Shown here piece after piece: positions 18,430 through 28,550 of a stretch of DNA of 50,053 bases. The notes below the pieces were generated by a model. It had not been told where the DNA came from and ran no database searches. It worked only from the letters and a program-made list of their open reading frames with translations. The DNA comes from Candidatus Tharpella sp. (GTDB lineage Bacteria > Desulfobacterota > Anaeroferrophillalia > Anaeroferrophillales > Tharpellaceae), in the NCBI GenBank assembly GCA_021161425.1, contig JAGHAQ010000041.1, positions 1-50,053 on the forward strand, read 5' to 3'. Numbering within the stretch: position 1 is the stretch's first letter; the number at the start of each line of letters is the position of its first letter. The translations under genes and the position numbers were made by a program.

Positions 18430-19569
18430 ATGGAATTTGTATATACTGATGAAGAGAGAATGATGTTACAGATGGCCCGGAATTTTGCCGAAAAAGAGGT
18501 GAAACCGATAGCCAAAGAGGTTGATAAAGAGCATAAGTTCCCAGCCGATAACGTTAAAAAGATGGGTGAACTCGGTCTGATGGGAGTCAGTGTCCCGGTT
18601 GATTATGAAGGTTCCGGGATGAGCAATATCTGCTATGCCATTGCCATGGAAGAGATCTCTCGTCACTGTGCTTCAACTGGGGTTATTATGTCGGTGAATA
18701 ACTCTCTGGCTTGTGATCCCGTAAAGATTTTTGGTAACGAAGAGCAGAAAAAGAAATATCTGGCCGATATGGCCAGTGGCCGAAAATTGGGTTGTTTGGG
18801 ATTGACCGAATCCAATGCCGGATCCGATGCTGCTAATCTTGCCACCACCGCCGTTCTTGATGGTGATGAGTGGATCATTAATGGCCGTAAAATATTTATT
18901 ACCAATGGTAATGAAGCTGACTACTGTGTGCTTATCGCTGCAACTGATAAGAGTCAAGGACATCGAGGTATCAGCGCCTTTATTGTCGATCTCGATAACC
19001 CCGGATTCAGCGTCGGTACATTGGAAGACAAGCTTGGAATTAGAGGCAGCTCAACTGCAGAGTTGGTTTTTGAAGATTGCCGCATACCTAAGGAGAATCT
19101 TCTCGGTGAGGTTGGAAAGGGTTTTAAGGTTGCCTTGACAACGCTCGATGGCGGTCGTATCGGGATCGCTTCACAAGCTTTGGGAATCGCCCGGGCTTCG
19201 ATTGAAGATGCTGCAGCCTACGCCAAGGAGAGGGTTCAGTTCGGCAAGCCGATTGCCAAACTGCAGGCGATTCAGTGGATGCTGGCTGATCTTTCGACTC
19301 ATTATGAAGCCGCCAGATTGCTTACTCACCGAGCCGCTTATCTTAAAGATCAGGGCCAGCCTTTTGGTAAAGAAGCGGCTATGGCAAAATTGATGGCAGC
19401 CGAAACCGCCATGAAAGCCGCCACTCAGGGGATTCAGATTCTCGGTGGTTATGGCTATACTACGGATTATCCGTTGGAACGCTATTTCCGGGATGCCAAG
19501 ATTACCGAAATCTACGAAGGTACCAGTGAAATTATGCGGTTGGTTATTGCAACTAATATTTTAAAGTAG
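18430..19569 (+). CDS. Short-chain (butyryl-CoA type) acyl-CoA dehydrogenase
   Basis: LTE..AGSD, K.FITNG, KLGIRGS.T, LDGGRIGIA, ERVQFG and IYEGTSEI (catalytic Glu). Confidence 0.95.
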   Translation: MEFVYTDEERMMLQMARNFAEKEVKPIAKEVDKEHKFPADNVKKMGELGLMGVSVPVDYEGSGMSNICYAIAMEEISRHCASTGVIMSVNNSLACDPVKIFGNEEQKKKYLADMASGRKLGCLGLTESNAGSDAANLATTAVLDGDEWIINGRKIFITNGNEADYCVLIAATDKSQGHRGISAFIVDLDNPGFSVGTLEDKLGIRGSSTAELVFEDCRIPKENLLGEVGKGFKVALTTLDGGRIGIASQALGIARASIEDAAAYAKERVQFGKPIAKLQAIQWMLADLSTHYEAARLLTHRAAYLKDQGQPFGKEAAMAKLMAAETAMKAATQGIQILGGYGYTTDYPLERYFRDAKITEIYEGTSEIMRLVIATNILK

Positions 19570-19605
19570 TTGATAGATGTTAATTTTTATTAGGAGGGAA
19601 GTATT

Positions 19606-20385
19606 GTGAAGATTGTTGCCTGTATCAAACAGACTTTTGACACCGAAGCCAAGATTGTCGTTGGTGGTGATGGTCAGATCTCTGATGAAGGGGTTAACCT
19701 GATCGTTAATCCTTACGACGAGTATGCCGTCGAAGAGGCGATCCGGACCAAAGAGAAAGATGGTGGTGAGGTCGTGGTTGTAACTGTCGGTGGAGATAAG
19801 GCTCAGGAAGCCCTGCGTTATTGTCTGGCTATGGGTGCTGACCGTGCTGTTCTGATTAATGATCCGGCTCTGGCCGGAGCTGATAGCCGTGCGGTTTCTG
19901 TCGCCTTGGCAAAATTGTTGAGCGAAAAGGAAGCCGGTTTTGACATCATCTTTACAGGTAAAGAGTCGGTTGATGATGGTGTGGGCCAAGTTCCTTCCCG
20001 GCTCGCAGAAAAATTAGACTTGGCTCAGGCCAATGTTGTGACCGCTTTCGAATTAAGTGACGGTAAAGCGACAGCAACCCGTGAAATTGATGGTGGCAGT
20101 GAAACCTTAGAACTTGTGCTGCCGGCTCTGATCAGTGCCCAGAAAGGTCTCAATGAGGTTCGTTATCCCTCTCTGCCCGGTATTATGAAAGCCAAACGCA
20201 AACCGCTTGAGGTTCTTGCTCTTGGCGATTTGGGATTGAGTGTTGACGATGTCGCCTCTAAAGTTGAGTTGGTAGCAGCCGAATTGCCGCCGGCCCGTAA
20301 AGCCGGACAGCGCTTGACCGGTGAGGTTGATGAAGTGGTTGCCAAATTGGTTCAGTTGTTACAAGATGAAGCCAAAGTTATCTAA
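19606..20385 (+). CDS. etfB: Electron transfer flavoprotein beta subunit
   Basis: KQT.DT, NPYDEYAVEEA, LAMGAD.A and N..RYPSL.GIMKAK.KP motifs. Confidence 0.95.
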   Translation: MKIVACIKQTFDTEAKIVVGGDGQISDEGVNLIVNPYDEYAVEEAIRTKEKDGGEVVVVTVGGDKAQEALRYCLAMGADRAVLINDPALAGADSRAVSVALAKLLSEKEAGFDIIFTGKESVDDGVGQVPSRLAEKLDLAQANVVTAFELSDGKATATREIDGGSETLELVLPALISAQKGLNEVRYPSLPGIMKAKRKPLEVLALGDLGLSVDDVASKVELVAAELPPARKAGQRLTGEVDEVVAKLVQLLQDEAKVI

Positions 20386-20400
20386 GGGGAGATTATTAAA

Positions 20401-21363
20401 ATGAGTATTGTAGTATGCGTTGAACAGCGCGATGGAAAATTGCGCAAGATCACCTTTGAAGCTTTGAGTGAAGGCAAGCGCCTGGCTACAGCTTCCGGTG
20501 AAACTTTGAAAGCTCTGTTGATTGGTAGCGGGATTGCTGGTCTGGCCGATGAATTGAAAAAATATGGCGTCGATGAGGTTGCCGTGGTCGACAACGAAGC
20601 CCTGGCCGCTTATACCTCTGACGTTTATGCCGCTGTCCTGGCCGCCTACATAGCCCAGGAAAATCCAGCCTTGGTTTTGTTTGGTCATAGTGCTGTGGGT
20701 AAAGAGCTGGCACCGCGGACTGCGGCCAAGGTTGACTGTGGTCTGGTCAGTGATTGTCTTGCTGTAACCTTTGCTGATGGCGACTATCTCTTCAGTCATC
20801 CGGTATATGCCGGTAAAGCGATTGGTAGTTACAAGGTTGTCGGGCCGGTACGCATGGCGACCCTGCGCCCCAATGTTTTTGCTGTGGCTGAAAGTGAAGG
20901 GGCTGGTGCTGTAGTTGACTTCGCTCCGGAAATTCCAGCCGCGAAAGTTACTATTACCGGTGTTGATATGGCGTCCTCTGATCGTCCGGAGTTGACCGAA
21001 GCTGATATTATCTGTTCCGGTGGTCGTGGACTTGGCGGCCCGGAAGGGTTTGCGTTGATCGAAGGTTTAGCTGATGTTTTGGGAGCTGCCGTGGGTTCGT
21101 CTCGTGCCGCAGTTGATGCCGGTTGGCGTGAGCATGCCGCTCAGGTTGGACAGACCGGGAAAGTGGTAAGCCCCAATCTTTATGTTGCTTCTGGTATCTC
21201 CGGTGCGATTCAGCATCTGGCCGGTATGGGCTCTTCCAAGGTTATTGTTGGCATCAATAAGGATGGTGAAGCCAATATCTTTAATGTCGCCGACTACGGT
21301 ATTGAAGGTGATCTCAATAAAGTGATCCCGGCTCTGATTGAGAAACTCAAAGAACTGCAGTAA
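20401..21363 (+). CDS. etfA: Electron transfer flavoprotein alpha subunit
   Basis: SGGRG, SRAAVDAGW, QVGQTGK.V.P.LY and GISGAIQH.AGM motifs. Confidence 0.95.
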   Translation: MSIVVCVEQRDGKLRKITFEALSEGKRLATASGETLKALLIGSGIAGLADELKKYGVDEVAVVDNEALAAYTSDVYAAVLAAYIAQENPALVLFGHSAVGKELAPRTAAKVDCGLVSDCLAVTFADGDYLFSHPVYAGKAIGSYKVVGPVRMATLRPNVFAVAESEGAGAVVDFAPEIPAAKVTITGVDMASSDRPELTEADIICSGGRGLGGPEGFALIEGLADVLGAAVGSSRAAVDAGWREHAAQVGQTGKVVSPNLYVASGISGAIQHLAGMGSSKVIVGINKDGEANIFNVADYGIEGDLNKVIPALIEKLKELQ

Positions 21364-21396
21364 GTAAAACCTGTTTTTAAAAGTGAAGATCAATTG

Positions 21397-21436
21397 CCCC
21401 CCGTTGTCTGCCAAATGGCTGCTGCGGGGGTTTTTT
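21397..21436 (+). terminator. Probable intrinsic terminator after etfA
   Basis: CCCCCG...CGGGGG stem followed by TTTTTT. Confidence 0.55.
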
Positions 21437-21470
21437 ATGCCTTTATTTGTTGACATTAAGCCCTTTTTGC

Positions 21471-21486
21471 CAGCTCACGTTAACTG
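21471..21486. promoter_or_regulatory. Palindromic operator, copy 3
   Basis: CAGCTCACGTTAACTG, 2 mismatches, flanked by TTGACA hexamers at 21450 and 21494, upstream of the second acyl-CoA dehydrogenase and icmAB. Confidence 0.55.
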
Positions 21487-21622
21487 TTTTTAGTTGACAA
21501 GAAATATGATTTGGTGTACGCAAGACCACGTTTCGTCTATGGATTTATATGCTCTTGGGTTTGTTTGATTAAAAGTTTTTGTTTGCTTCCGGCATCGCCG
21601 GGTCAGGGAATTGGTGGGGAAA

Positions 21623-22771
21623 ATGGATTTTTTTCTTAATAACGATGAATTGATGATTCAGGAAGTGGTCCGGGATTTTGCTCAGAGCGAGCTCAAGCCC
21701 AACGCTGCTATTCTGGACAAAGAACACCGGATGGACCTCGGCAATCTTAAGAAAATGGCCGATCTGGGTTTTATGGGTATGAATATCTCGGAAACCTATG
21801 GTGGGGCAGAGGTCGGAGTTTTACCATACAGTCTTGGCATGATAGAGGTTGCCCGAGCTTGTGCGGCGACTGCGGTAACCATGTCGGTGACCAATATGGT
21901 GGCCGAGGTTATTTGTGCTTTTGGTAATGAAGAGCAGAAACAAAAATATGTCCCTCGAATCTGCAGTGGTGAATATTCGGCCGGAGCTTTTGGTTTGACC
22001 GAATCGATGGCGGGTTCCGACCCTGGCGGCATGAAGACGACAGCGGTTAGAGAGGGTGATCATTATCGTCTCAACGGCAGTAAAATTTTTATTACCAGTG
22101 CTGAATATGCTGGTGTTTTTGTGGTCTGGGCGGTGACCGACAAAGAGGCACCCCGCAGTCAGCGGATCAGTGCTTTTCTGGTTGAGAAGGGTACCCCGGG
22201 CTTTACTGTCAGTAAGGCCGAAGAAAAAATGGGTCAGTGCGGTTCATGTACCAACGAGATAGTTTTTGAGGATTGTCTGATTCCGTCCGAGAATCTTCTT
22301 GGTGAAGAGGGCTTCGGGCTGAAGATTGCTTTTATGGCTCTTGACGGCGGCCGCATCGGGATCGCATCTCTGGCCTTGGGGGTTGGCCTGGAAGCTATCG
22401 ATTATGCTGCTGAATATGCCAAAGAGAGGGAGCAATTCGGTCGTCCAATTGCTACTTTTCAAGGTCTGCAATGGCGCTTTGCCGATACCTATACCGAACT
22501 TGAAGCGGCTCGTTTGCTGGTCATGCAGGCGGCTTTTCTGAAACAGCAGAAAAAGCCTTTTACGACTGAGGCTTCAATGGCTAAACTCTATGCCTCCGAG
22601 GCTGCCAACCGAGCCTGTTATCAAGCGGTTCAGGTTTTGGGTGGTAATGGTTATACGGCTGAGTATCCGGTCGAAAGACTTTATCGCGATGTGCGGGTTA
22701 CAACTATCTATGAAGGTACTTCAGAGATTCAACGCCTGGTTATTGCCCAGCAGATATTGGGTCGATTGTAG
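21623..22771 (+). CDS. Acyl-CoA dehydrogenase 2
   Basis: FGLTE..AGSD, KMGQ, LDGGRIGI, EREQFG and IYEGTSEIQR. ATG 21623 preferred over TTG 21611. Confidence 0.93.
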   Translation: MDFFLNNDELMIQEVVRDFAQSELKPNAAILDKEHRMDLGNLKKMADLGFMGMNISETYGGAEVGVLPYSLGMIEVARACAATAVTMSVTNMVAEVICAFGNEEQKQKYVPRICSGEYSAGAFGLTESMAGSDPGGMKTTAVREGDHYRLNGSKIFITSAEYAGVFVVWAVTDKEAPRSQRISAFLVEKGTPGFTVSKAEEKMGQCGSCTNEIVFEDCLIPSENLLGEEGFGLKIAFMALDGGRIGIASLALGVGLEAIDYAAEYAKEREQFGRPIATFQGLQWRFADTYTELEAARLLVMQAAFLKQQKKPFTTEASMAKLYASEAANRACYQAVQVLGGNGYTAEYPVERLYRDVRVTTIYEGTSEIQRLVIAQQILGRL

Positions 22772-22848
22772 TTGTCAGTGGTCAGCTGCCAGTGTTTTTT
22801 ATTGACCACGACTTTATTACCGGTTAAACCGGTTCAGGGAGAGATTAG

Positions 22849-24525
22849 ATGTTTACAAAAGAAACTGTAGAAAGGGTCGCGGAACGCCATCAGGAGTGGG
22901 AAAAACTCTTGGCGAAAAGCTTGGCGAAAGCTCCGGAACGCCTTGAGCGTTTTTCCACGATCTCCGATGAAGAGATTAAAAATATTTATACCCCGGAAGA
23001 TGTTGATGAACTCGATTATGATAAAGACCTTGGTTTCCCCGGCCAGTTTCCCTATACCCGAGGCGTGCAGGCGAGTATGCATCGGGGTCGCCTCTGGACG
23101 ATGCGCCAGTTTGCCGGTATGGGTGGGGCTGAAGAGACCAATGCCCGTTTCCATTATCTGATGGATCATGGCGAGACCGGTTTAAGCACGGCATTTGATA
23201 TGCCGACCTTGATGGGTTATGATTCTGATAACCCGATATCTCTGGGCGAAGTCGGGAAGTGCGGCGTCGCGATTGATACCTTAGCTGACATGGAGATCCT
23301 TTTTGAAGGTATCCCCATGGATAAGGTTACAACCTCGATGACGATCAATCCTCCAGCCGCAATTCTTCTGGCCATGTATATCGCCGTCGCTGAGAAGAAA
23401 GGGGTGGGTCGTGATAAGATCGGTGGGACCATCCAGAACGATATGCTCAAGGAGTTTATTGCCCAGAAGACCTTCATGTTGCCGCCTGAACCTTCAATGC
23501 GGATTATTGTCGATACGGTTGAGTTCTGTACTAAAGAGGTACCACGCTGGAATTCGATCAGTATCAGTGGTTATCATATTCGTGAAGCCGGTTCGACGGC
23601 AGTCCAGGAACTTGCTTTTACGATAGCTGATGGTGTCGGTTATGTCCAGGCCTGTGTTGATCGCGGGATGGATGTTGATGATTTTGCTCCGCGCCTCTCC
23701 TATTTTTTTAACGCGCATGTTGATTTCTTTGAAGAGATTGCCAAATATCGGGCGGCTCGTCGGATGTGGGCTCGTATAATGCGTGATCGCTTCGGGGCCA
23801 AGAATCCCAAATCCTTGCTTTTGCGTTTTCATACCCAGACAGCGGGTTGTTCCCTGACCGCCCAGCAGCCCTACAACAATGTTGTCAGGACCTCTTTTCA
23901 GGCCCTCTCTTCGGTTCTTGGCGGGACTCAATCGTTACACACTAACTCTCTTGATGAAACGCTCTCTCTGCCGACTGAGCATGCTGTGACCATCGCCTTG
24001 CGGACCCAGCAGATTATCGGTGAGGAAATTGGTGTTACCAATACCATCGATCCTTTGGCTGGTTCCTATTTTATTGAGTCGTTGACCAATGAGATGGAGA
24101 GTAAAGCCCTTGATTATATTCAGAAAATAGATGATATGGGTGGCATACTCAAAGCCATTGATGTCGGTTTTCCGCAAAAAGAGATCGCCGATGCCGCCTA
24201 TAACTATCAGCGTCAGGTAGATGAAGGTGAAAAGACCATTGTTGGGGTCAATAAGTACCAGATGGATGAGACCTTGAAGGTCGATCTGCTGACTATCGAT
24301 CCGGTGGTTGAGCGGCGCCAGCATCAGCGCCTTGCCAAGATTAAGGAGACCCGTGATGCGGCCAAGGTTGAAGCCTGTCTCAAGGCTATTGAGAATGCCT
24401 CACGGGGCACCGATAATCTGATGCCGCACCTTATTGAAGCCGTAAAATCTTATGTCAGTGTCCAGGAGATTTGTGACTGTTGGCGTAAGGTTTATGGCCG
24501 CTACACTGACCCTGGCATGTTTTAA
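22849..24525 (+). CDS. icmA: B12-dependent acyl-CoA mutase large subunit, isobutyryl-CoA mutase type
   Basis: MCM-family motifs ([31 protein letters not shown]) with TMRQFAG and FIAQK specificity residues. Confidence 0.8.
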   Translation: MFTKETVERVAERHQEWEKLLAKSLAKAPERLERFSTISDEEIKNIYTPEDVDELDYDKDLGFPGQFPYTRGVQASMHRGRLWTMRQFAGMGGAEETNARFHYLMDHGETGLSTAFDMPTLMGYDSDNPISLGEVGKCGVAIDTLADMEILFEGIPMDKVTTSMTINPPAAILLAMYIAVAEKKGVGRDKIGGTIQNDMLKEFIAQKTFMLPPEPSMRIIVDTVEFCTKEVPRWNSISISGYHIREAGSTAVQELAFTIADGVGYVQACVDRGMDVDDFAPRLSYFFNAHVDFFEEIAKYRAARRMWARIMRDRFGAKNPKSLLLRFHTQTAGCSLTAQQPYNNVVRTSFQALSSVLGGTQSLHTNSLDETLSLPTEHAVTIALRTQQIIGEEIGVTNTIDPLAGSYFIESLTNEMESKALDYIQKIDDMGGILKAIDVGFPQKEIADAAYNYQRQVDEGEKTIVGVNKYQMDETLKVDLLTIDPVVERRQHQRLAKIKETRDAAKVEACLKAIENASRGTDNLMPHLIEAVKSYVSVQEICDCWRKVYGRYTDPGMF

Positions 24526-24569
24526 TTTTACGAAAAAATCAAGTTTTAATGAGATAAAGGATTTGACCA

Positions 24570-24965
24570 ATGAGCGATAAAAAAATTAAAGTATTGATTG
24601 CCAAGCCCGGTCTTGATGGTCACGATCGTGGAGCCAAGATTATCGCCCGCGGATTGCGGGATGCAGGGTTTGAGGTGGTTTACACTGGACTGCATCAGAC
24701 TCCCGAAGAGATAGTTGCAACTTCGATTCAGGAAGATGTCGATGTTATCGGGGTCAGCAGTCTGGCTGGTGCCCATATGTATCTTTTCCCCAGAATTATT
24801 GAGCTCTTGGTTGAAAAGGGAGCTGATGATATTCCGGTGTTTGGCGGCGGTATCATTCCCGAAGATGATATTCCTGTATTGCTGAAAGCCGGGATCAAAG
24901 CGGTCTTTACGCCCGGCAGTCCGGTTGATGAGACGATTAACTGGATTCGTGAAAATGTAGTTTAA
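24570..24965 (+). CDS. icmB: Acyl-CoA mutase small subunit, B12-binding
   Basis: [23 protein letters not shown] and F.PG motifs. Confidence 0.85.
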   Translation: MSDKKIKVLIAKPGLDGHDRGAKIIARGLRDAGFEVVYTGLHQTPEEIVATSIQEDVDVIGVSSLAGAHMYLFPRIIELLVEKGADDIPVFGGGIIPEDDIPVLLKAGIKAVFTPGSPVDETINWIRENVV

Positions 24966-25004
24966 TGTCGTCAGTCGGCAGAAGTTGCTGGCTCCTGTTA
25001 TGAT

Positions 25005-25051
25005 ACTAACAAAAAAAACCGAGCTTTTCCGGCTCGGTTTTTTTTGTTAGT
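25005..25051. terminator. Bidirectional-type intrinsic terminator (perfect 20-bp inverted repeat)
   Basis: ACTAACAAAAAAAACCGAGC-TTTTCCG-GCTCGGTTTTTTTTGTTAGT. Confidence 0.9.
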
Positions 25052-25257
25052 CGTGTGTCGGAATAGATGGTTGCTTAGCGGACTATTACTGAGCCGAGTG
25101 TGATGGCGATCTTTTATTCATGTATCGGAATAAATAAAGCTTGAGTTTTTCTATCTCATTTGTTAACTGTCTCCACATTCTTTGTTGGTAAATATTTTTG
25201 TTGAAATTTTTGCTGGAATGCTTCTTTCGGTTTTGGGTCTGAGAGTGTAATATTCGG

Positions 25258-25482
25258 ATGAGTAAAAAAGATAAGGTTTTTACAGTTAAGGTGCGCCGTG
25301 ATTTCTGTAAGGGTTGCGGTTTATGTATAGAGTTTTGTAAAAAAGAGGTCTTAGGGACCTCTGCAAAGCTAAATCGTATGGGTTATAATCCGGCCGAGCC
25401 GGTTAAGCCCGAGGCTTGCATCGGTTGTATGATGTGTACCCAGGTGTGTCCAGATCTGGCGATAGAGGTGTATAGTGGATAA
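25258..25482 (+). CDS. 2x[4Fe-4S] ferredoxin (delta subunit of 2-oxoacid oxidoreductase)
   Basis: CKGCGLCIEFC and CIGCMMCTQVCPD.AI motifs. Confidence 0.92.
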   Translation: MSKKDKVFTVKVRRDFCKGCGLCIEFCKKEVLGTSAKLNRMGYNPAEPVKPEACIGCMMCTQVCPDLAIEVYSG

Positions 25483-26536
25483 AGTCTTTATGAGCGGTAA
25501 CCATTGTATCGCAGAGGCGGCGATACGGGCGGGCTGCAGATGTTATTTTGGTTATCCAATTACTCCCCAGAATGAATTAGGCGAGTATATGGCGGCAAAT
25601 ATACGCAAGGTCGGTGGTGTCTTTTTACAATCGGAAAGTGAGACGGCGGCGATCAATATGGTGATTGGCGCAGCCTCTGTCGGTACCCGGGTGATGACCT
25701 CATCTTCCAGTCCCGGGATCAGTCTTAAGCAAGAAGGTCTCTCTTTTCTTGCCGGTTTCGAGTTCCCGGCGGTGATTGTCAATATGATGCGTGGTGGCCC
25801 CGGTCTTGGTAATATAGCTCCGGCTCAAGGTGACTATTTCCAATCCACTCGAGGTGGTGGTCATGGTGACTACCGGACTCCGGTTCTAGCGCCGGCATCG
25901 GTGCAGGAACTTGCCGATTTGACGGTCAAAGCCTTTGCCTTGGCGGACGAGTATCGAACCCCGATTCTGTTACTTGGTGACGGGATGATGGGCCAGATGA
26001 AAGAGCCGGTGGTTTTTCCCGAACCGCTTTCCGAGTTACCTGAGAAACCGTGGGCTTTGAAAGGGCGTGGCGATGGTGCGAGCCGTTATCAAGCCTCTCT
26101 GATTCTCGATGGTTTGGCAATGGAGCGTCACAACTGGAAATTGGTGCGTAAATATAAGGAGATGGCGGAGAAAGAGACTCTTTGTGAACTCTATATGATG
26201 GATGATGCCGATTTTGCTGTTGTCGCCTATGGTACTACTGCCAGGATTGCTAAAGGGGCCATCAAACGAGCTCGTAAAGAGGGACTAAAAGTCGGTTTGG
26301 TGCGACCTGTTACCCTCTTTCCTTTTCCTGATAAAATCTTACAGAAAGTCGCTCATCAGGTTAAAAGTTTCCTGGTTTTTGAGATGAGTACCGGACAGAT
26401 GGTCGAAGATGTGAGACTGGCACTTTGTGAGTCGCAGGTCGAAGTCTCTTTTCACGGCCGTCCCGGTGGAGTTATCCCTACACCGATAGAGTTTTCCCGG
26501 GTTATTCATCGTTATTACCGGCGGATGCATAAGTAA
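25475..26536 (+). CDS. vorB: 2-oxoacid:ferredoxin oxidoreductase alpha subunit, VorB-like (2-oxoisovalerate type)
   Basis: FGYPITPQ, Q.ESE.AAINM, TSSSSPGISLKQE and RGGPGLG.I.PAQ.DY.Q.TRGGGHGDY motifs. Confidence 0.85.
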   Translation: MDKVFMSGNHCIAEAAIRAGCRCYFGYPITPQNELGEYMAANIRKVGGVFLQSESETAAINMVIGAASVGTRVMTSSSSPGISLKQEGLSFLAGFEFPAVIVNMMRGGPGLGNIAPAQGDYFQSTRGGGHGDYRTPVLAPASVQELADLTVKAFALADEYRTPILLLGDGMMGQMKEPVVFPEPLSELPEKPWALKGRGDGASRYQASLILDGLAMERHNWKLVRKYKEMAEKETLCELYMMDDADFAVVAYGTTARIAKGAIKRARKEGLKVGLVRPVTLFPFPDKILQKVAHQVKSFLVFEMSTGQMVEDVRLALCESQVEVSFHGRPGGVIPTPIEFSRVIHRYYRRMHK

Positions 26537-26622
26537 TCATGGTTCAGCACATAGATCTTCCGCCTCAGGGTGTTGGCAGATCTTAAACTTGCTGATTGTC
26601 ACTTTTTTAACAGGTATTTTGT

Positions 26623-27390
26623 ATGGAACTTATTAATAATTGGCCGAAATATTATAAAAAAGATGTCGTTACCCACTACTGTCCTGGGTGTGGTCATGGG
26701 ATTGTCCACCGTATCATCGCTGAGCTGCTTGAAGAGATGGATCTTGGCAAACAGGCTTATCTGGTTTGCCCGGCCGGTTGCGCAGTGTTGGCTTATCACT
26801 ATTTCGATTTTGATGTTATCGAGTCGGCCCATGGTCGGGGAACAGCAATTGCGACCGGTGCCAAACGGGCTAAACCGGAACTCTTTGTTATCAGTTATCA
26901 GGGGGATGGTGACCTGTCGGCAATTGGTACGGCGGAGACCATCCATTCGGCCAATCGGGGCGAGAATATAAGTGTTGTTTTTATTAATAATGCAGTTTAC
27001 GGGATGACCGGCGGACAGATGGCACCGACCTCTATCCTCGGTCAGAGTACGACGACCTCACCGGATGGTCGAAATCCAGAAGTTGACGGTTATCCGCTGC
27101 ATATAACCGATGTGGTCGCGAATTTCCCCGGGGTTGCCTATGCTGAACGGGTTACGGTCGCGAGCCCGGCCGCTATCAAAAAGACCAAAAAAGCAATTCG
27201 TAACGCTTTTCAGACCCAGGTTGACGGCTTGGGATATTCGATTGTTGAGGTTCTTTCACCCTGTCCAACCAATTGGAAAATGACTCCTGTACAGTCTTGT
27301 AAATGGATTGAAGAGGAGATGGTGAAAGAGTATAAACCGGGATTATTGACCGATAAGCGTGAAGAGAGAAGGAAGGATAGAGCATGTTAG
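26623..27390 (+). CDS. 2-oxoacid:ferredoxin oxidoreductase beta subunit (TPP-binding)
   Basis: THYCPGCGHG, HGRG, YQGDGDL, NN..YGMTGGQ and CPTNW motifs. Confidence 0.92.
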   Translation: MELINNWPKYYKKDVVTHYCPGCGHGIVHRIIAELLEEMDLGKQAYLVCPAGCAVLAYHYFDFDVIESAHGRGTAIATGAKRAKPELFVISYQGDGDLSAIGTAETIHSANRGENISVVFINNAVYGMTGGQMAPTSILGQSTTTSPDGRNPEVDGYPLHITDVVANFPGVAYAERVTVASPAAIKKTKKAIRNAFQTQVDGLGYSIVEVLSPCPTNWKMTPVQSCKWIEEEMVKEYKPGLLTDKREERRKDRAC

Positions 27391-27917
27391 TAAAAACGCT
27401 TTGCGCCGGTGCCGGCGGCCAGGGGGTTATGACCCTCGCTAATATTATGGGCAACGCAGCTATGATTCAGGGTTTTCACGCTACCTATCTGCCCGCTTAT
27501 GGTGCGGCCATGCGGGGTGGTACTGCAAACTGTACGCTTACAATTGCTGACGAAGAGATCGCTTCACCGGTGGCTTCCGCTCCCGATATAGTGGTTGCCC
27601 TCAATCAACCGTCAGCGGTAGCGTTTATTAATCGCCTGGTGCCTGGTGGTAAGATGATTTATGATTCCTCGGTTGCCGAGGAGATTCCTGAGCGCCTTGA
27701 TGTCGATGTTTTTTCGATTCCGGCTAGTGACATGGCGATTGAATTGGGTAGTGTTCGGTCGGCTAATATGGTTATGCTGGGGGCTTTTGCCAAGTTGGCG
27801 GGAGTTCCTAGTCATGAGGCCATATTTGCCAGTTTGGAATATCTTATGGGGAAGAAGAAAGCGCTTGTCGAATTAAGTAGTCAGGCTGTCATTAAAGGTG
27901 CTGAATATTTCTCCTAG
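27384..27917 (+). CDS. 2-oxoacid:ferredoxin oxidoreductase gamma subunit
   Basis: G.GGQG, P.YG..MRGGTANC and ANMVMLGA motifs. Confidence 0.92.
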   Translation: MLVKTLCAGAGGQGVMTLANIMGNAAMIQGFHATYLPAYGAAMRGGTANCTLTIADEEIASPVASAPDIVVALNQPSAVAFINRLVPGGKMIYDSSVAEEIPERLDVDVFSIPASDMAIELGSVRSANMVMLGAFAKLAGVPSHEAIFASLEYLMGKKKALVELSSQAVIKGAEYFS

Positions 27918-27977
27918 ATTTTTTCTGGGAGTACGGTAGTATAAAAAAAATTAATATATCTTTAGTTGGAGTTTTTT

Positions 27978-28406
27978 ATGTCTGTAACGCAACTCTCAAT
28001 TGCTATTGATGATACGCCTGGTCGTCTCAATCAGATCTGTGAAATTTTAGAAAAAGAGCAGATTAATATCAAAGGTTTTATGGCTTGTTCTGAGCTTGAT
28101 CCGCATCGTTTTAAGGTTATTGTCGACACCCCGGAACAGGCCTATAATGTGCTGATGGCCAATGGTTTTGCCGTTCATAACAAAGAGGTAATTGCGGTCG
28201 GGGCACCGGATCATCCGGGGGGACTTAATGTTGTTTTACGGGCTTTAAAGGAAGCTCGGGTTAATGTTGAAACCCTTTATCCTTTTATCACCTTGAAAGG
28301 TGATGATGCAATTTTGATCATAGAAGTTGACGAGATTCAGAAGGCCAAAGAGATATTGCGCAGCCAGTGGATTAAAACCTACGGCGCTGAGATCTATCAA
28401 TTTTGA
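27978..28406 (+). CDS. Tandem ACT-domain protein
   Basis: QLSI..D.PGRL...L....INI and PD.PGGL..VL..L....VNVE..Y motifs. ATG 27978 follows GGAG. Confidence 0.85.
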   Translation: MSVTQLSIAIDDTPGRLNQICEILEKEQINIKGFMACSELDPHRFKVIVDTPEQAYNVLMANGFAVHNKEVIAVGAPDHPGGLNVVLRALKEARVNVETLYPFITLKGDDAILIIEVDEIQKAKEILRSQWIKTYGAEIYQF

Positions 28407-28436
28407 TTTAAATGATTGCAATTGTTATAACTCGTG

Positions 28437-28465
28437 GGGACACTGTTTTGGCGGTGTCCCTTTTT
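28437..28465 (+). terminator. Intrinsic terminator
   Basis: GGGACACTG-TTTTGG-CGGTGTCCC-TTTTT. Confidence 0.75.
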
Positions 28466-28550
28466 ACGATTATTGCTGTTCTTGTGAAAGTTTAGTATTT
28501 CGGTCGGTTGACTTCTTTTACTGGCTGGCAGTTTGTTTCAGGAGAAAAAA

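Noticed and set aside
22849-24965. Methylmalonyl-CoA mutase assignment
   Set aside because: Phe/Gln replace Tyr/Arg at the specificity positions, and no epimerase is nearby.
25005-25051. Long inverted repeats here and at 1357-1409 as MITE or IS ends
   Set aside because: The loops are short, the position is right after stop codons, the arms are poly-A/T, and I saw no target duplication or transposase. Terminators explain them.
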